DNA of 64,000 nucleotides from Neoechinorhynchus agilis. Taxonomy: Eukaryota > Animalia > Acanthocephala. The position numbers and the translations under genes are program-made. How positions within the stretch are numbered: position 1 is the stretch's first letter; every line of letters begins with the position of its first letter. The stretch is from NCBI GenBank assembly GCA_051530055.1, contig CM121341.1:5682784-5746783 (forward strand). The letters run 5' to 3'. Below are positions 11,621 to 24,849 of the stretch, piece by piece. A model generated the notes under the pieces. It was given only the letters and a program-made list of their open reading frames with translations, was not told the origin of the DNA and did no database searches.

Positions 11621-12534
11621 CTATCCTGAAATATTTGAGAATTGTTGGAGCTGATTAAGTTACGTTCAATAAAAAAAACCTTCGTAAAAACTTTGATAAT
11701 AATGCGATGGTAACTTGGAAAATTGCTTGTGGTGTTTTTAAAGTACTCAAATGAGACGAATGCTTCAAAATGGAACATTAGCGCATATTAATGCAAGCTT
11801 TGTATTGTTTTTTGAAAAGATGAATTAGAGTCACATAGAACTTCAATGTGTCTTTAATTGGAGTTCCGTACACTAACCGAGAAGATATCCAAATTATCAC
11901 GTGTCTTCAAAACGGCATCATTCGAATTATAAAGCGCCAGTGTTCTATTGTTCGTTCTTGAGATTTTTTCATCGACCGTTCATTTTAAGTAAAAAAATGT
12001 TTTATTGGACGGATTCTTAAGTTTCTAAGTGGAAATCAACATCACCAAAAAACCATTTTATCTTTCTTTTTTACTCTTTCAAAGTCAATGGAACAAAGGT
12101 ATTAGAAAAAAAAACCCCGTGAATATGTGTAGAGAACTTTTTAACTACCAAACGGACCATTTGAATTCGTGTTAAATGGCTCAAGTTACTTTGTGTCGTC
12201 AATGTAGACCACCGGAACAGTTTCCATTTGTGATTTTTGAGCTGGACAAGCTCAATAAGGAAAATAATATTGCATCGTGTGGTGGTCTCATCAAGAGTGA
12301 TGCAATTATTTAAAATTTAAAATAAACTCCCATGAGAATATCTGTGTCAGTTCTAGTATTATAAAATCCCCCTTTGGAATTGACAGAACCGGATATAGAT
12401 CACGAAACTATTAGTGAAATAGCAGTTTCAATTCACTTCGAAATGACCTGATTGTTTGGATATGCCATTTCACCGAACAACTATGAATGATGATTCAAGA
12501 AATTAAAAAATCGCATCTTGTATCTCAACAACGG

Positions 12535-13300
12535 CATTGCATTTCGGCTTCTCGACGTTAATCAAGAAAATCCTTTTATCGGGGTAAGGGAACTTTTAAG
12601 AGCGCCTTAGAAGGAATTCCAGAAAATAGAGATTTTCACTGGCTTTTCTAGGCGCGTTTGAGAAATCAGCGGCGAATGTATGTTGTAGAATTGTGATTTT
12701 TTCAGTTTCATGGTCAAAAAACTTATAGAACGCCTAAATCAAGGTACTTTTCCCTAGGGCAGAGCTTCTATTGGATAAAAATGACAAGAGCGAACTTCTC
12801 GACGTTAATCAAGAAAATCCTTTTATCGGGGTAAGGGAACTTTTAAGAGCGCCTTAGAAGGAATTCCAGAAAATAGAGATTTTCACTGGCTTTTCTAGGC
12901 GCGTTTGAGAAATCAGCGGCGAATGTATGTTGTAGAATTGTGATTTTTTCAGTTTCATGGTCAAAAAACTTATAGAACGCCTAAATCAAGGTACTTTTCC
13001 CTAGGGCAGAGCTTCTATTGGATAAAAATGACAAGAGCGAAAGCATCATTGCATTTCGGCTTCTCGACGTTAATCAAGAAAATCCTTTTATCGGGGTAAG
13101 GGAACTTTTAAGAGCGCCTTAGAAGGAATTCCAGAAAATAGAGATTTTCACTGGCTTTTCTAGGCGCGTTTGAGAAATCAGCGGCGAATGTATGTTGTAG
13201 AATTGTGATTTTTTCAGTTTCATGGTCAAAAAACTTATAGAACGCCTAAATCAAGGTACTTTTCCCTAGGGCAGAGCTTCTATTGGATAAAAATGACAAG
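12535..13300. repeat. Tandem array, about 250-265-bp unit x3
   Basis: cttctcgacgttaatcaag recurs at 12548, 12795 and 13060. Confidence 0.95.
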
Positions 13301-14799
13301 TGCTGTTTAGTCAAACAGACTGTGTTCCACTTCAATAAAAGAAAATGGCGATCAACTTTCGATCTGAAACTTTACGCGAACATTTAACATTCGTTAGTTT
13401 CTCAACGGTTGGTAGTATCGTAAGAAGGCGTTCTAGTTACAGTCGGTTTGTATTATACAATTGAAAGTGTCCATATCATGTTTACGGCTTATTAAATTCG
13501 TTATTTTTAGATGGCCAAAGAACTATATTGAAATTCGATATGACTTTGGTCATTCATAGAATACAAATAGAGTTTGTACACAAATTGCATAAAGCCATGA
13601 CATAACGTCTTCACTTGCTCGGTTTAATCAGTAATGAAAAGGTAAAATATCAGATCGAGATAAGAATGACAGATAGTCGGATTGAGGTAATAGATCAACT
13701 GCCAGAAAATCGCAGTCAATGATTGATATCACGCATTCCATTTTGAAAGAATTGGGATCTGATTCGCATTCCTAAGTGTACGAGAAAAATGCTTTAAAAA
13801 GCCACAACGAAGACTTTTGAACTTTTCAGTGTCGGACCAATTGCGAATTCGATTAGTTTACAATCAATTCCGGCTCCAAGACATGTGATGTGCATCTCGA
13901 AAACTTTGACCAAAATGCGAATGCATAGTCTCGATCGCGCAGATCTATCAGACGTCTAATTGAGATATTGCATCGTATGGTGGTCACTGGAACGACATGT
14001 CCGAATTGCATTAAGTCTAGCCTCCGTCATCCTCAGCCTCTAAAGGTTGAGCTAAAATGTTATGTTAACAAGGTTGCCAACATTCGTCTCAATTGGAAGT
14101 GAGATTCGTTGTTTTGCTTCTCCGATTTAGGATTTTGTCTCTTGCAAATATGATCACGTCCCTTGAGAGAGGGTACTGAAAGTCCGGACACTCGAATGAA
14201 AGACAATGGGGCACTTTAAAGGCCCTTCACCCCCTTTTTACACCATATTTTGAGAATTACATAAGATACCTTAGACACGACGAGAGACTGAAGCTTTGTA
14301 AGTACAGAAATTCTTTTACCATCATCGAAACAATCATCCAGGATTTCTAGTCAAAAAGACACTTTCCTTATTGTGTTGAATAACACAAAAGCGGAAATGG
14401 ATAGCTCTAATTGGTCGCAATTGATCCAAGATGTTATTGAGCTCATTGTAGAAAAGATAAAGTTCAACCAGTTGAATGTGTTGCCTCCCACAAACGAGCC
14501 AATAACCACCTCGAGTCGCAGACCGGTATTTGGTCCGTGTCTATTCACCACCAGCATTTGACAGGTAAGGGGTGTGTATTTCTGGCTGTTTTTAAACTTC
14601 GTGTGGGCATATTAGAAGACGTTTAGACATAAATGCGAGCTAGGTGATCACTGCCACTATCTCACAATGCATTCCTTCAACCATTTCGATCTTAACCCAC
14701 TCAAAATTGTAGACTAAAAGCTCATCATTGCTGTATTTTTACGGCGATCTCGGAATGAGCGTTTTATCGAGGAAGCAGATTCCTCGATTCCTTTTATGA

Positions 14800-15570
14800 A
14801 TGGAAATCGAAACGTCCAACATGCTAGTTCCCCAATACATAGCTCGCAACATAATCACCAGTCCCCTGCTCACGTCTCCGATTCGATTTCGGACTCGGCG
14901 AACCAATGCACCACCGCAAATCACACAACTCTCAGTGGTCAATGAGTTCGATGACCATAATAGATCCAGCCTTCTTCGTCTTACACCAAAGCTGACTGAA
15001 GACTCGGTCTCTGACGCTAAGGCAATTCCAACAACAACAGCAACCGCTGCACTGCCACCCGTCGAATGGACTGACAATTGCAATAGTGGTGTTGCAACTG
15101 ATGGTAACATTATTAACGCCGTTGAGAGTATTGTGGGCGACAGAAATGAGGATGACGGCGATAGATGGAAAATGCCCGATTCTAGTAGCATGGGAAATAA
15201 GAATCTTGACTACTTTTTAAGTGGTTCCACGGGGGATTCAAATGATAAAAAAGCAACAAGTGAAAGTACATCATACCAATCTTCGACAGACGGTGATGCA
15301 TGCGATTGTTTCAAACCAAGATCTGAAGATGCATCAGCTGTCTTGGCAGCTATTGATCACTTTCTCTTCGAAGAAGACAATTGTGCAGCGAGAAGTGAGC
15401 AATTTGAATCCGAAATCGATTTCAATCGGACTGCGTCCTCAACTTCGTCGTTCGCTACGTCAAGCATTCAATCGATCAATGTCGATCAGCTTGACTACGG
15501 CTGGATCCCGTCCGAAAGTGCTAAAAGATGCGTAGAATGGTCGGTTGATGTGACTTTTGGGGATTCGTAG
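14800..15570 (+). CDS. Ser/Thr/Asp-rich ORF of unknown function (256 aa; 5' end uncertain)
   Basis: Long ORF with low-complexity acidic composition. No family recognised. Confidence 0.5.
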   Translation: MEIETSNMLVPQYIARNIITSPLLTSPIRFRTRRTNAPPQITQLSVVNEFDDHNRSSLLRLTPKLTEDSVSDAKAIPTTTATAALPPVEWTDNCNSGVATDGNIINAVESIVGDRNEDDGDRWKMPDSSSMGNKNLDYFLSGSTGDSNDKKATSESTSYQSSTDGDACDCFKPRSEDASAVLAAIDHFLFEEDNCAARSEQFESEIDFNRTASSTSSFATSSIQSINVDQLDYGWIPSESAKRCVEWSVDVTFGDS

Positions 15571-16009
15571 TCGATGAATTGGGTGCAATTTAGGCTATTT
15601 TCTAAGAATCTGGGACCCATATTTAAGTGTCCATTAATGTTCCTTTAAAAACCCTTTTTCTCTATAAGGTTTTCATTAGTGCCAATTGATTTTGGCTATC
15701 ACAAATCCAAGTGAAATTCGAGAAAGCGGCGAGCCGCACCGTCGCGCCTTACACCTTATCACGCTTCCATTCTTCACCTGATACATCTTCCCGCGTCTAG
15801 ATCCGAGCAGTAAATTATTATGACTTTTAAGCGGTCGACACCAATGAAAATCCAACTGTCTTGCTAATGTCTAATTGACAATTAAATAATCTTAGCAGTC
15901 AATAATCCAAATTTTGTCATTTATACCATTAAATTCTCACCTTAGAAGGGCCGCGCCAACATATTAGCAATATTATTTTGGTCAAAATAATCCGCTGGTC
16001 ATGATTTAT

Positions 16010-16112
16010 AGGGGAAATATTTCGAAAGAGGAGGTAACCTCGCCTCATCAGTCATCTAACAAAAATAATGAGGCGAGGTTACCTCCTCTTTCGAAATATT
16101 TCCCTATAAATC
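16010..16112. mobile_element. Hairpin mini-MITE (about 40-bp arms)
   Basis: gaaatatttcgaaagaggaggtaacctcgcctcat / atgaggcgaggttacctcctctttcgaaatatttc. Related to the terminal repeats at 42061-43030. Confidence 0.75.
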
Positions 16113-16124
16113 AAATATGTGATG

Positions 16125-16950
16125 ACCGAGGGATTATTTTCACCAAAATTATATATTTTAACAAACCAGAAGGATTTTCTCTATTGAGGATTAATCCACT
16201 TGTGTTTTCACGCTCTCTCACAAACGATCAGTCTCCAGTTGAGAGAAACTTCTCCTATAAATCAAATAAGTTATGACCGGGGGATTATTTTCACCAAAAT
16301 TATAAACTTTGACTAACCCGAAGGATTTTCTCTATTGAGGATTAATCCAGTCGTGTTTTCACGCTCTCTCGTGAACGATCCGTCTCCAGTTGAGAGAAAC
16401 TTCTCCTATAAATCAAATAGGTTATTACCGAGGGATTATTTTCACTAAAATTATAAACTTTGATTAACCCGAAGGATTTTCTCTATTGAGGATTAATCCA
16501 GTCGTGTTTTCACGCTCTCTCACAAACGATCCGTCTCCAGTTGAGAGAAACTTCTCCTATAAATCAAATAGGTTATTACCGAGGGATTATTTTCACTAAA
16601 ATTATAAACTTTGATTAACCCGAAGGATTTTCTCTATTGAGGATTAATCCAGTTGTGTTTTCACGCTCTCTCACAAACGATCCGTCTCCAGTTGAGAGAA
16701 ACTTCTCCTATAAATCAAATAAGTTACGACCAGGGGATTATTTTCACCAAAATTATAAACTTTGATTAACCCGAAGGATTTTCTCTATTGAGGATTAATC
16801 CAGTTGTGTTCTGACGCTCTCTCACAAACGATCCGTCTCCAGTTGAGAGAAACTTCTCTTATAAATCAAATAAGTCACGACCGGCGGATTATTTTCACCA
16901 AAATTATATATTTTAACAAACCAGAAGGATTTTCAACCCGAAGGATTTTC
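16125..16950. repeat. Tandem array, 151-bp unit x about 5.5
   Basis: ccgagggattattttcac recurs with a 151-bp period (e.g. 16428 and 16579). Confidence 0.95.
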
Positions 16951-17466
16951 TCTGTCGATGATATTAGCAATAGTATCGTCGTCTTCATCCATAAATCGCC
17001 AAATTCTTATTCTCCGGTCACTATATTGGCTATCGTGTTTATTAGTTACATAAGGAACCGGAAATGAAATTTCATTAAATATTAAGCTTTTTTTAAAGTC
17101 TTATCGTGTTAATTCAATTTTTATTCATTTCTGACAGCCACAGAGATTCCAAATATGAATTTTGTATCTTTCATCACTAAAAACATGTACACAAAGATCA
17201 CCTTTTCTTACGAAATTTTCAAAAGTAGTAGGTTTCAGCGTCAATTTTTTAAATTGACATTATTATATCACAAAATTCTAGTCGCAACTTGACAGATCTA
17301 CTAATATCGATCTGTCATAATCATTTGTAAAGCATTCTATGAGGACCAGCTTTTGAAAGCGATATCAGTATCAAATTCCTAGTCGTCGTTCCGGCCAGAG
17401 TATAAAATTTGCTGACAAATAACAAAATATGCTGGTTGTCCTATAAGAAAAAGTCACACGTCGACA

Positions 17467-18195
17467 TTGATAAACAAAACCGATTCTGCAACAACGGATT
17501 CTATTGATTGCAAAACGAGTGAACTCGGTTGTACGTTGACTGAATCTGAAATAATCTCATTAGAAATACGAGCCGAAGGGCCGTATGCTGTAAAAGAGAT
17601 TGTAAACATGAGTGGTTCTAACAAACAACGCCCTCACTCTCCAAAGTTCATTTCAAATGGTCAAGGATTCAATGTACCTTTTAGAAGATCTAGAAGTGAT
17701 CAAGATGAGCTGTTAAAAAGACTCACCCGGCTCGATTGGGAAAAGACGAGGACGATATTTTCTTTGGTAGCCTCAAGACTAGAACAAGCGGTGAGCTCCA
17801 CTGAGAATGCTCTTTGTCGTCTTCAAAACGATTCTCGATGTCCTAACCGGCAGCGAAAGCAACATGCATCCGCTGAACTGAGGAAATTCAAATCTCATGT
17901 GATAGGAAATATGCGCCATATTGATTGGGCCATTAAAGTTGTAGAGAATAGGCGACATCGTAACCAATCGGAGTTTGAACATGCTCTCGAGAAAATCGAT
18001 ATCCTTTACAGTCACTTAAAACAGTTGCATGAAAATTCCGGAGCCCAAATCGAGCTGGCTAGAGAATGTATATTAAGGAGGTAAGTAGCTTTCTGGAACA
18101 ACGATATTATAATCATTTCATCTCAATTTAGTGAGTTTTTGATGCAAAGCTTGTACCGCCATCATTCATGCTCGAAAAAAGACAGAACTGTCTGA
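17467..18195 (+). CDS. Predicted helical/coiled-coil protein of unknown function, 2 exons
   Basis: 205-aa ORF (first true ATG about 17608) ending at a gtaagt donor (18081). The intron ends caatttag and a short last exon stops at 18195. Confidence 0.6.
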
Positions 18196-18996
18196 TTGTA
18201 TTATCAGAATAACTTAGCTTTCCTATATAATCAATCGAGTGCATGCTTCAAAAAGTTACATGGTCGTAAAAGTATTTTAAAATTCAAACTTGCTGCCGCA
18301 AACGAAATAATCGATAAATAAGACTGCATAAAATTATTCTAGTATTTTCATTGGTTAGCCTCTAATTAAGCCATCCAATCAACATACATAACCATAAAAA
18401 CAATTGGATTGTCACCACCGTCCACAAAATTGGAACTCGCTCACCGATATATAAAAAATAGTTAATTTTAGCAATATAATTTGATTAGAAAAATGCTTCA
18501 AATTAGACGAGTGAATTTTAGACCCGTGGAGAAAATTAGATCCGCGGAATCCGTCTATCTCGAGAGTTCTTCACACGCATCTATTAAAATTACATAAACG
18601 CACAGAGCCGTGTGTGTGTTCAACGTATATAAGGACCGTGAGTGCTGGTAGTCGCGCGAGCTCGCAATCGCATTGAAAACGCACACTCACACGTCTTTCG
18701 CTCGCAATCCATTGCTGCGCTAAACGCCATGCTGTGATTGATCAGCACTTGCATCGACGCTGCCAAAGTGTTCTTTGACTTCGTCTAGAAACTTGTATCC
18801 TCGCATCGTTGGTAAATGGTCTATTGAAGGATCATTCATAAAAGCTTCGTGATGAATCGCTCGTAGCCTACGTCGCTCTTCATCGCCTTCAATGCATCCA
18901 AATTGACTGAACGGTCGCTCACTGTCGTGATGGTGTGAAAGTTCACAATACTGACTTGAATCTTCATCTACAGGATAAAGACAAAGAATGAAATAG

Positions 18997-20910
18997 TCAA
19001 CTAGAGATCTTTGCCCTTATCGCAATTACATTAAAGTCATAAGTAGTGAATTGCGATCGAGTATGAGCCACGTGACCCGTTTGGGCTATGTTCTCATGGA
19101 CGCTATTTGCAATCCGTTTCGCATCTTCTTGGCTACCGCTTCCATTAGTCCAAACTATCAGAGTTCCGTCATCCTGTGCGCTGATTAAAATAGTCGGGAA
19201 CGAGCTATTCCAGGCGATTGCATTTGTGCAATAGAGCCTTGGATGAGGGATGTGAGTTCCAGAATTTGAATTCGCGAACGGATCACTGCTGGCAGATTGA
19301 TCAGGAGGAAGCTGCGGATTTCTGCGCTCCGATTGTGTCAGATCTGGGCCTGGGATAGGAGGCTGAAGGTAAAGAATTGGTGTAACGTGATTCGTGTTCC
19401 AGATTCTAATAATTCCATCTTCTGCTCCGCAAGCCACAAAATGGTCCGATATTCCACCAAACTGGGGTTGATGAATGAAGAGCGAGTGAAAAGAGTTGAC
19501 GAATCTATTTAGAAGATTCATTGTGGGATACGAGTAAAGATTCAGACAATCGGGTCTAGATGCAACGACTAATTTGGTTTCTGCTTTGTCCAAAGTAAAA
19601 GACACAATTAACCGGCGTTCGGCAACAATTGACTCAAGTCGATTGGCATCAAGATCTAGCGACCTCAAACGTCTTCCTCCATCAACAAAAAGAACAATAC
19701 CGGATAAAGTGACAAAGAGTTGGTTACACCGAATTCCAATGAATGCTTTAACTTGACCGGTATCGCTGTTGACCTTCACTAACTTTCCTTTCATACCACC
19801 AGCCGCAAAATGAAGATTGTCCGGATACCAACCAACTGAATGAAAAATATCGTCCTGATGACCAGGAGTCATAGCCATGTGCCATTCACATCGATCCATG
19901 TTCCAAATAAAAACCTTAGTTGACTTCTCGGTCCCTGCTACAGCAAATCCTCTAGAATCTCGTCTCCAGGCAATAGTACCAACTTGTTTTTCAACATCAG
20001 GAACATCCAAGTCAAATGAGTACTTTGGAACCAAACCCATTTTATTATTCTCACTACTTTCAAAGGTCCAAATACCAACCTTACCGTCTGAAGTACCAGT
20101 AGCAAGGAGTGTTCCATCTGGCGAGAATGAACAGCACCATATCTCACAGCCATAGGCATTGATAACTTGATATTGCCGATATGGATGCTTTTCCTTAGGG
20201 CAGACATGACTCATACTGGCTGCTTCACCAGCGGGTGGAATATAATCGAGATCAACATTCGATGGATGAAATGGACATCGAATTTCGTTGTAGAGAGCAG
20301 CACGACGGACGATATCATTTAATCGTCCGGCTGGAAGCATAGAACTACTCTCGGGCAGTATCCTTTCCAAATAGTTCACAACTGCTCGACGTCCACTCGC
20401 GATTTCGTCTTTAGTTAATGCCTCATTCTTCTCAATTAACACATAATACATATCACAAGTATGAGATTGGTCAAGATATTGATACTCGCTCGTATCAGCC
20501 ATTTCCGTCCGAATCCGCTCAACTGCCTCTGGATCAACGTCAGAACCACACATTTCAAGGATTTCTTGTCTCAGAACCCGTCTTAGAATCTTCTTTATAC
20601 ACAAAAGCGGCCGTGGAGGCGCAACATTTGATTTGAGTTCCTCATAAAGCTCAGTCTTCACTAATTGACGAACTGTATTCCAATCCCCGTTTAAAATACA
20701 CTCTCGTAAATCTGAAGTGCGTGGCTCTTCGATTACAATTCCAGTCTCTTTAGATAACGCCTCAAGGGTTCGCTTAAGTCCCGTGTCCAATAAATGAACT
20801 CCAATTATGCGATAAAGTTTCTCCTGATCCGCAGTCAGTTTTATACTGGTGGTTTTCATGTCCGATTTCTTGACTTGAGGTCCATTGGACGCGTCTGAAT
20901 CAGTGGCCAT
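18997..20910 (-). CDS. WDR26: WD repeat-containing protein 26 (GID7/CTLH E3 ligase subunit)
   Basis: LisH (EKLYRIIGVHLLDTGLKRTLEALSKETG), CTLH (DLRECILNGDWNTV), LPAGRL...RC..H segment, then WD40 repeats (EIWCCSFSPDGTLLATG, CGAEDGIIRIWN, SAQDDGTLIVW). The frame stays open upstream to about 21135. Confidence 0.85.
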   Translation of the reverse strand: MATDSDASNGPQVKKSDMKTTSIKLTADQEKLYRIIGVHLLDTGLKRTLEALSKETGIVIEEPRTSDLRECILNGDWNTVRQLVKTELYEELKSNVAPPRPLLCIKKILRRVLRQEILEMCGSDVDPEAVERIRTEMADTSEYQYLDQSHTCDMYYVLIEKNEALTKDEIASGRRAVVNYLERILPESSSMLPAGRLNDIVRRAALYNEIRCPFHPSNVDLDYIPPAGEAASMSHVCPKEKHPYRQYQVINAYGCEIWCCSFSPDGTLLATGTSDGKVGIWTFESSENNKMGLVPKYSFDLDVPDVEKQVGTIAWRRDSRGFAVAGTEKSTKVFIWNMDRCEWHMAMTPGHQDDIFHSVGWYPDNLHFAAGGMKGKLVKVNSDTGQVKAFIGIRCNQLFVTLSGIVLFVDGGRRLRSLDLDANRLESIVAERRLIVSFTLDKAETKLVVASRPDCLNLYSYPTMNLLNRFVNSFHSLFIHQPQFGGISDHFVACGAEDGIIRIWNTNHVTPILYLQPPIPGPDLTQSERRNPQLPPDQSASSDPFANSNSGTHIPHPRLYCTNAIAWNSSFPTILISAQDDGTLIVWTNGSGSQEDAKRIANSVHENIAQTGHVAHTRSQFTTYDFNVIAIRAKISS

Positions 20911-22092
20911 GCTTTGTCTTGGTCTTTTGGTTGGGTTTGAACAAGGCACCGGTGTTCTTCTCCTCCTACGAGTTGGTTGTGCTGTTGTTACTTCTCTTGT
21001 TGAAGGTTGAGAGAGTTCTTGTTGTTGTTGTTGTTGTTGATTTGGAGTTTCAGTTATATTTCGAGAAGTGGCCGCTTGCCTAGTAGAGCGTTGACGGCCT
21101 CGATTTTGCCTTCTTGGTGCCAGTGTGAAATGACTTTAGTCGTGATGTGGTGAAAGTCTACATTCAAACAAAAACGGGAAGATCGTTGTTATTGAAAACA
21201 CCGACTACACTGAAACTTATTATCCACAAAACAATTGAGCAGCTGAACCAGAAGTAAATTCAGGAAATCCTCTAATTATGGAGAATTTCCATTTAATAAG
21301 AGAAAATGGAGAAAGACTACACGATAACGCAGAAATAAGTTAAATTTTCGATTGCAAATACCAATTTTTAACGCATCGAAACGAACCCGATTGAAAAAAA
21401 GGGAAATTATGGACTATAAAAGTTTTCTTTTAAAAAAGCAGTTGGAATATAAAACTGGTATTAAGTATACAACTCATTGATTTCTATTAAGTCAATTGTT
21501 TTAGGACCAAATTATAGTCGCACTTTCGTCGGTTCCAAGAACAACAAAAAAGATTACAAGTCGCTGGCAGCAATAAACATTTCCAGGAAGAAAAAAATTG
21601 CTAATTTTTGTACTCAAGGGTAATAATTTCTTAGATAAATAAAAAAGATATCAATATCATTCACTTTTTATCGTATCGCAATCTTTATATGTTCTGCTAA
21701 AAACAAAAGAAAATAATATACCGAAAAGTTTATCGCAGAAGCCAGGATTGAGAGCATCGGCAAAAGAGATAGTTGCCTCGCCCATCGAAATAAGAAGCTA
21801 CATTTCCGAATGCCTGGACGAAGAAAACGAGGAACCGAAGCTACAAACCTTAGCTTAGAAGCCGAATCGACAAAAAAATGGTTTTTTCGTGTGTTCAATT
21901 GGCTCGTTTCGTTTACAACGGTAATCCAAGTTCGAAACGTAAATGTTATTCACACGTCGATGTAGCGAGGCAAACAATGAAAGTGTTTTTCGTACTCAGT
22001 GAGTATCATTGGAGTCAGAAATTCAAGATAGTGAGTTATTCAGGAAAAGGCGATGAATAAAAGTTGTTTTGTTTGTATCTCGGTATTAAAAA

Positions 22093-23165
22093 CTTGTCGT
22101 TTTGCGATGATTTGGGTCTTTAATGCTAAAGTTTTGGGAAAAAACCAAGCCGTAAAAATCAAAGTTATTTGAAAAGCTTAGAAATAATCGGAAACCATTG
22201 AGAACGAGACAGATAAATAAACGAAATTGAGTTTGAAAAATGGGAAGCTTGTCGTTTTGCGATGATTTGGGTCTTTAATGTTCAAGTTTTGGGAAAAAAC
22301 CAAGCCGTAAAAATCAAAGTTATTTCAGAAGTTTTGAAATAATCAGAAAAACTTGAGAACGAGACAGATTAATAAACGAAATTGAGTTTGAAAAAGGCGA
22401 AACTTGTCGTTTTGCGATGATTTGAGTCTTTAATGCTAAAGTTTTGGGAAAAAACGGAGCCGTAAAAATCAAAGTTATTTCAGAAGTTTAGAAATAATTA
22501 GAAAAACTTGAGAACGAGACAGATAAATAAACGAAATTGAGTTTGAAAAATGGGAAGCTTGTCGTTTTGAGATGATTTGGGTCTTTAATGTTAAAGTTTT
22601 GGGAAAAAAACGGAGCTGTAAAAGTTAAAGTTATTTCAGAAGTTTTGAAATAATCAGAAAAACTTGAGAACGAGACAGATTAATAAACGAAATTGAGTTT
22701 GAAAAAGGCGAAACTTGTCGTTTTGCGATGATTTGAGTCTTTAATGCTAAAGTTTTGGGAAAAAACGGAGCCGTAAAAATCAAAGTTATTTCAGAAGTTT
22801 AGAAATAATCAGAAACCATTGAGAACGAGAAAGATAAATAAACGAAATTGAGTTTGAAAAATGGGAAGCTTGTCGTTTTGAGATGATTTGGGTCTTTAAT
22901 GTAAAAGTTTTGGGAAAAAACGGAGCCGTAAAAATCAAAGTTATTTCGAAAGTTTAAAAATAATCAGAAATTCTTGAGAACGAGAAAGATAAATAAACGA
23001 AATTGAGTTTGAAAAATGGGAAGCTTGTCGTTTTGAGATGATTTGGGTCTTTAATGTAAAAGTTTTGGGAAAAAACGGAGCCGTAAAAATCAAAGTTATT
23101 TCGAAAGTTTTGAAATAATCAGAAACCCTTGAGAACGAGACAGGAAAATAAACGAAATTGAGTTA
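22093..23165. repeat. Tandem array, 155-bp unit x7
   Basis: cttgtcgtttt recurs at 22093, 22248, 22403, 22558, 22714, 22869 and 23024. Confidence 0.95.
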
Positions 23166-23229
23166 AACGAATTAAACAATAAACACCAATTGGAATCGTA
23201 GGCTAGAAAGTAGTTTTTTTAAAAAAATT

Positions 23230-24061
23230 AAAGAATATTCGCGAATGAGATCTCAAAATTTATGAGGAAGATTCGTTCCCTTGCAAAAAGGATCGTTTTC
23301 TCCGCTCTCTTCTCAGAGTCACCATCGACCCCAGAATCCTTAGCCAAAAGCGAGAGATTAATCAACCGAACATCATCGGCGGTTGATGGGAAGCAATCGA
23401 ATTGTCCTAACGGAAAGATTTTCGCTCGATGTAATGAGTCTATGCGAAAGAATAGGTTTTGAAGCGTTGTTCGGTTATCTCAAAAAAGGATAATCCACTT
23501 TCTTGCTTGATTGGAAAGTCTTTGGGTGATTTTGGACCGTTTCTATTGTACTTTGAGACAACAATTTTTTGTAAAGATTTTGATCTCAGGGGAAATTTCG
23601 TTTCAAAATGATACGAATGTTTGTCGTCTTCATTTTATCGATTTTTTCCTAAAAAAGTTTCTCACAGTTAAAAAATCGTATTTTCTGTTCATTAAATGTT
23701 TAAAATCGTATGAACACGCAAAGATTTTTCAGTGTGCGTTCAATAAGAATCGCCACAGTCCCAATGGAAAGAGTTTAAAGGTACCTTAGAATCTATATTG
23801 ATCGATATTTGCCATTTTCTCTTTTATTGATGTAGCAAACGTTTGCGTCGATGGAGATGAAGAGACAAAGTGCACACAGTCAGCGAAGGAGCGTAAGAGC
23901 CGCGTTTGTGCAATTGGAGGAGGAGGAGGAGGTTGTTCATGTGAGGCGCCAAGTTTTTTTTGTTCGCTTTTGTCCGTTGAATTCATCGAAATCGGACTTT
24001 TTTTAGGGAAGTTCCGCGTGTTTTGAGGCCAAAGTCGGAATCTTTTTAGATATTCCTTCAT
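23230..24061 (-). CDS. Possible multi-exon gene of unknown function
   Basis: Coding-looking frames at 23786-24061 (poly-Pro) and about 23230-23480 (NLFFRIDSLHRAKIFPLGQFDCFPS...). Exon structure not resolved. Confidence 0.3.
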
Positions 24062-24170
24062 GACTGTCCACTAATGAAAATTCACAGACCAAAGTGAACA
24101 ATCAGAATACGGCTATCCGCGAAATATCTCAAAAAAACAACCCAAAATTGGTTATTTTTCGCAATCAATG

Positions 24171-24530
24171 AAGCAATCGGCATCGCTCAGGTCTCTTGTC
24201 TAAAACACGCTAAACTTTGTTTTGCTCAGATTAAGATTATTGTTTTATCCAGTAATCAACAAACTCGCGATGAACTTTCATCTTCTTAGAAAAACATCTC
24301 TAATCTTTCAAAAGAACTCAAAGCGTCTTTATTCTCTTCCTCCTTTTCAATTTCTACTTTCAATACTCCCGTCGCCCCAATCCTCCAAATGCGAATTGAT
24401 TCGAAGGAAAGAACGGACGACCAAAAACAATTCTACCACAAAAACGAAACTCTGTTTGGACATCAAAATTTAAACTATAATGAACCGGAGGAAAGACCCA
24501 ACCTAACAATCTCTCCAACGAATTGTTAAC
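24171..24530. repeat. About 330-bp dispersed repeat, copy 1
   Basis: Matches 35884-36200 except for a 37-nt indel. Confidence 0.85.
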
Positions 24531-24849
24531 TACCAAATAAAACTCGTTCAATTTGAAAATTATCAGTATGGCAATAGAGATTTTTGTAGTTCATTTGAAG
24601 GTTTTTTTCTTAGGAGCTGATGATGATTAACGGCACTCATTGCGGATTTTCGTCAAAAAATAAATCTTTTTTAGTCATGCTGACGAAGATTCACGAAAGG
24701 GTCGAAAATTCGAATTCAATTGACAATCTTAATAGATTCACCAATCTTTAAATTATCTTATGAGAATTAGAATAATAACACGTTTATTTTTGGTTTGTTA
24801 CCTTTGGGTCCTCTTTGTGGTATTTGTTTGTTTTTTTGATAAACAATAC

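Noticed and set aside
14936-14960. tggtca / tgacca hairpin as a frame-switching micro-intron
   Set aside because: It would be only about 22 nt, and the downstream frame is already open from 14800, so it is not needed.
18620-18770. TATA-like tatataagg followed by a gtgagtg...cactcac hairpin as an ncRNA/miRNA gene
   Set aside because: The pairing is weak and there is no match to any snRNA, tRNA, SL or miRNA I recognise. I found no tRNA or rRNA genes anywhere in the window.
24253-24289. 37-nt segment missing from the 35884 copy, read as an intron lost by retroposition
   Set aside because: GT-AG removal would be off by one base. The deletion falls between short ag microhomologies, so ordinary deletion explains it.
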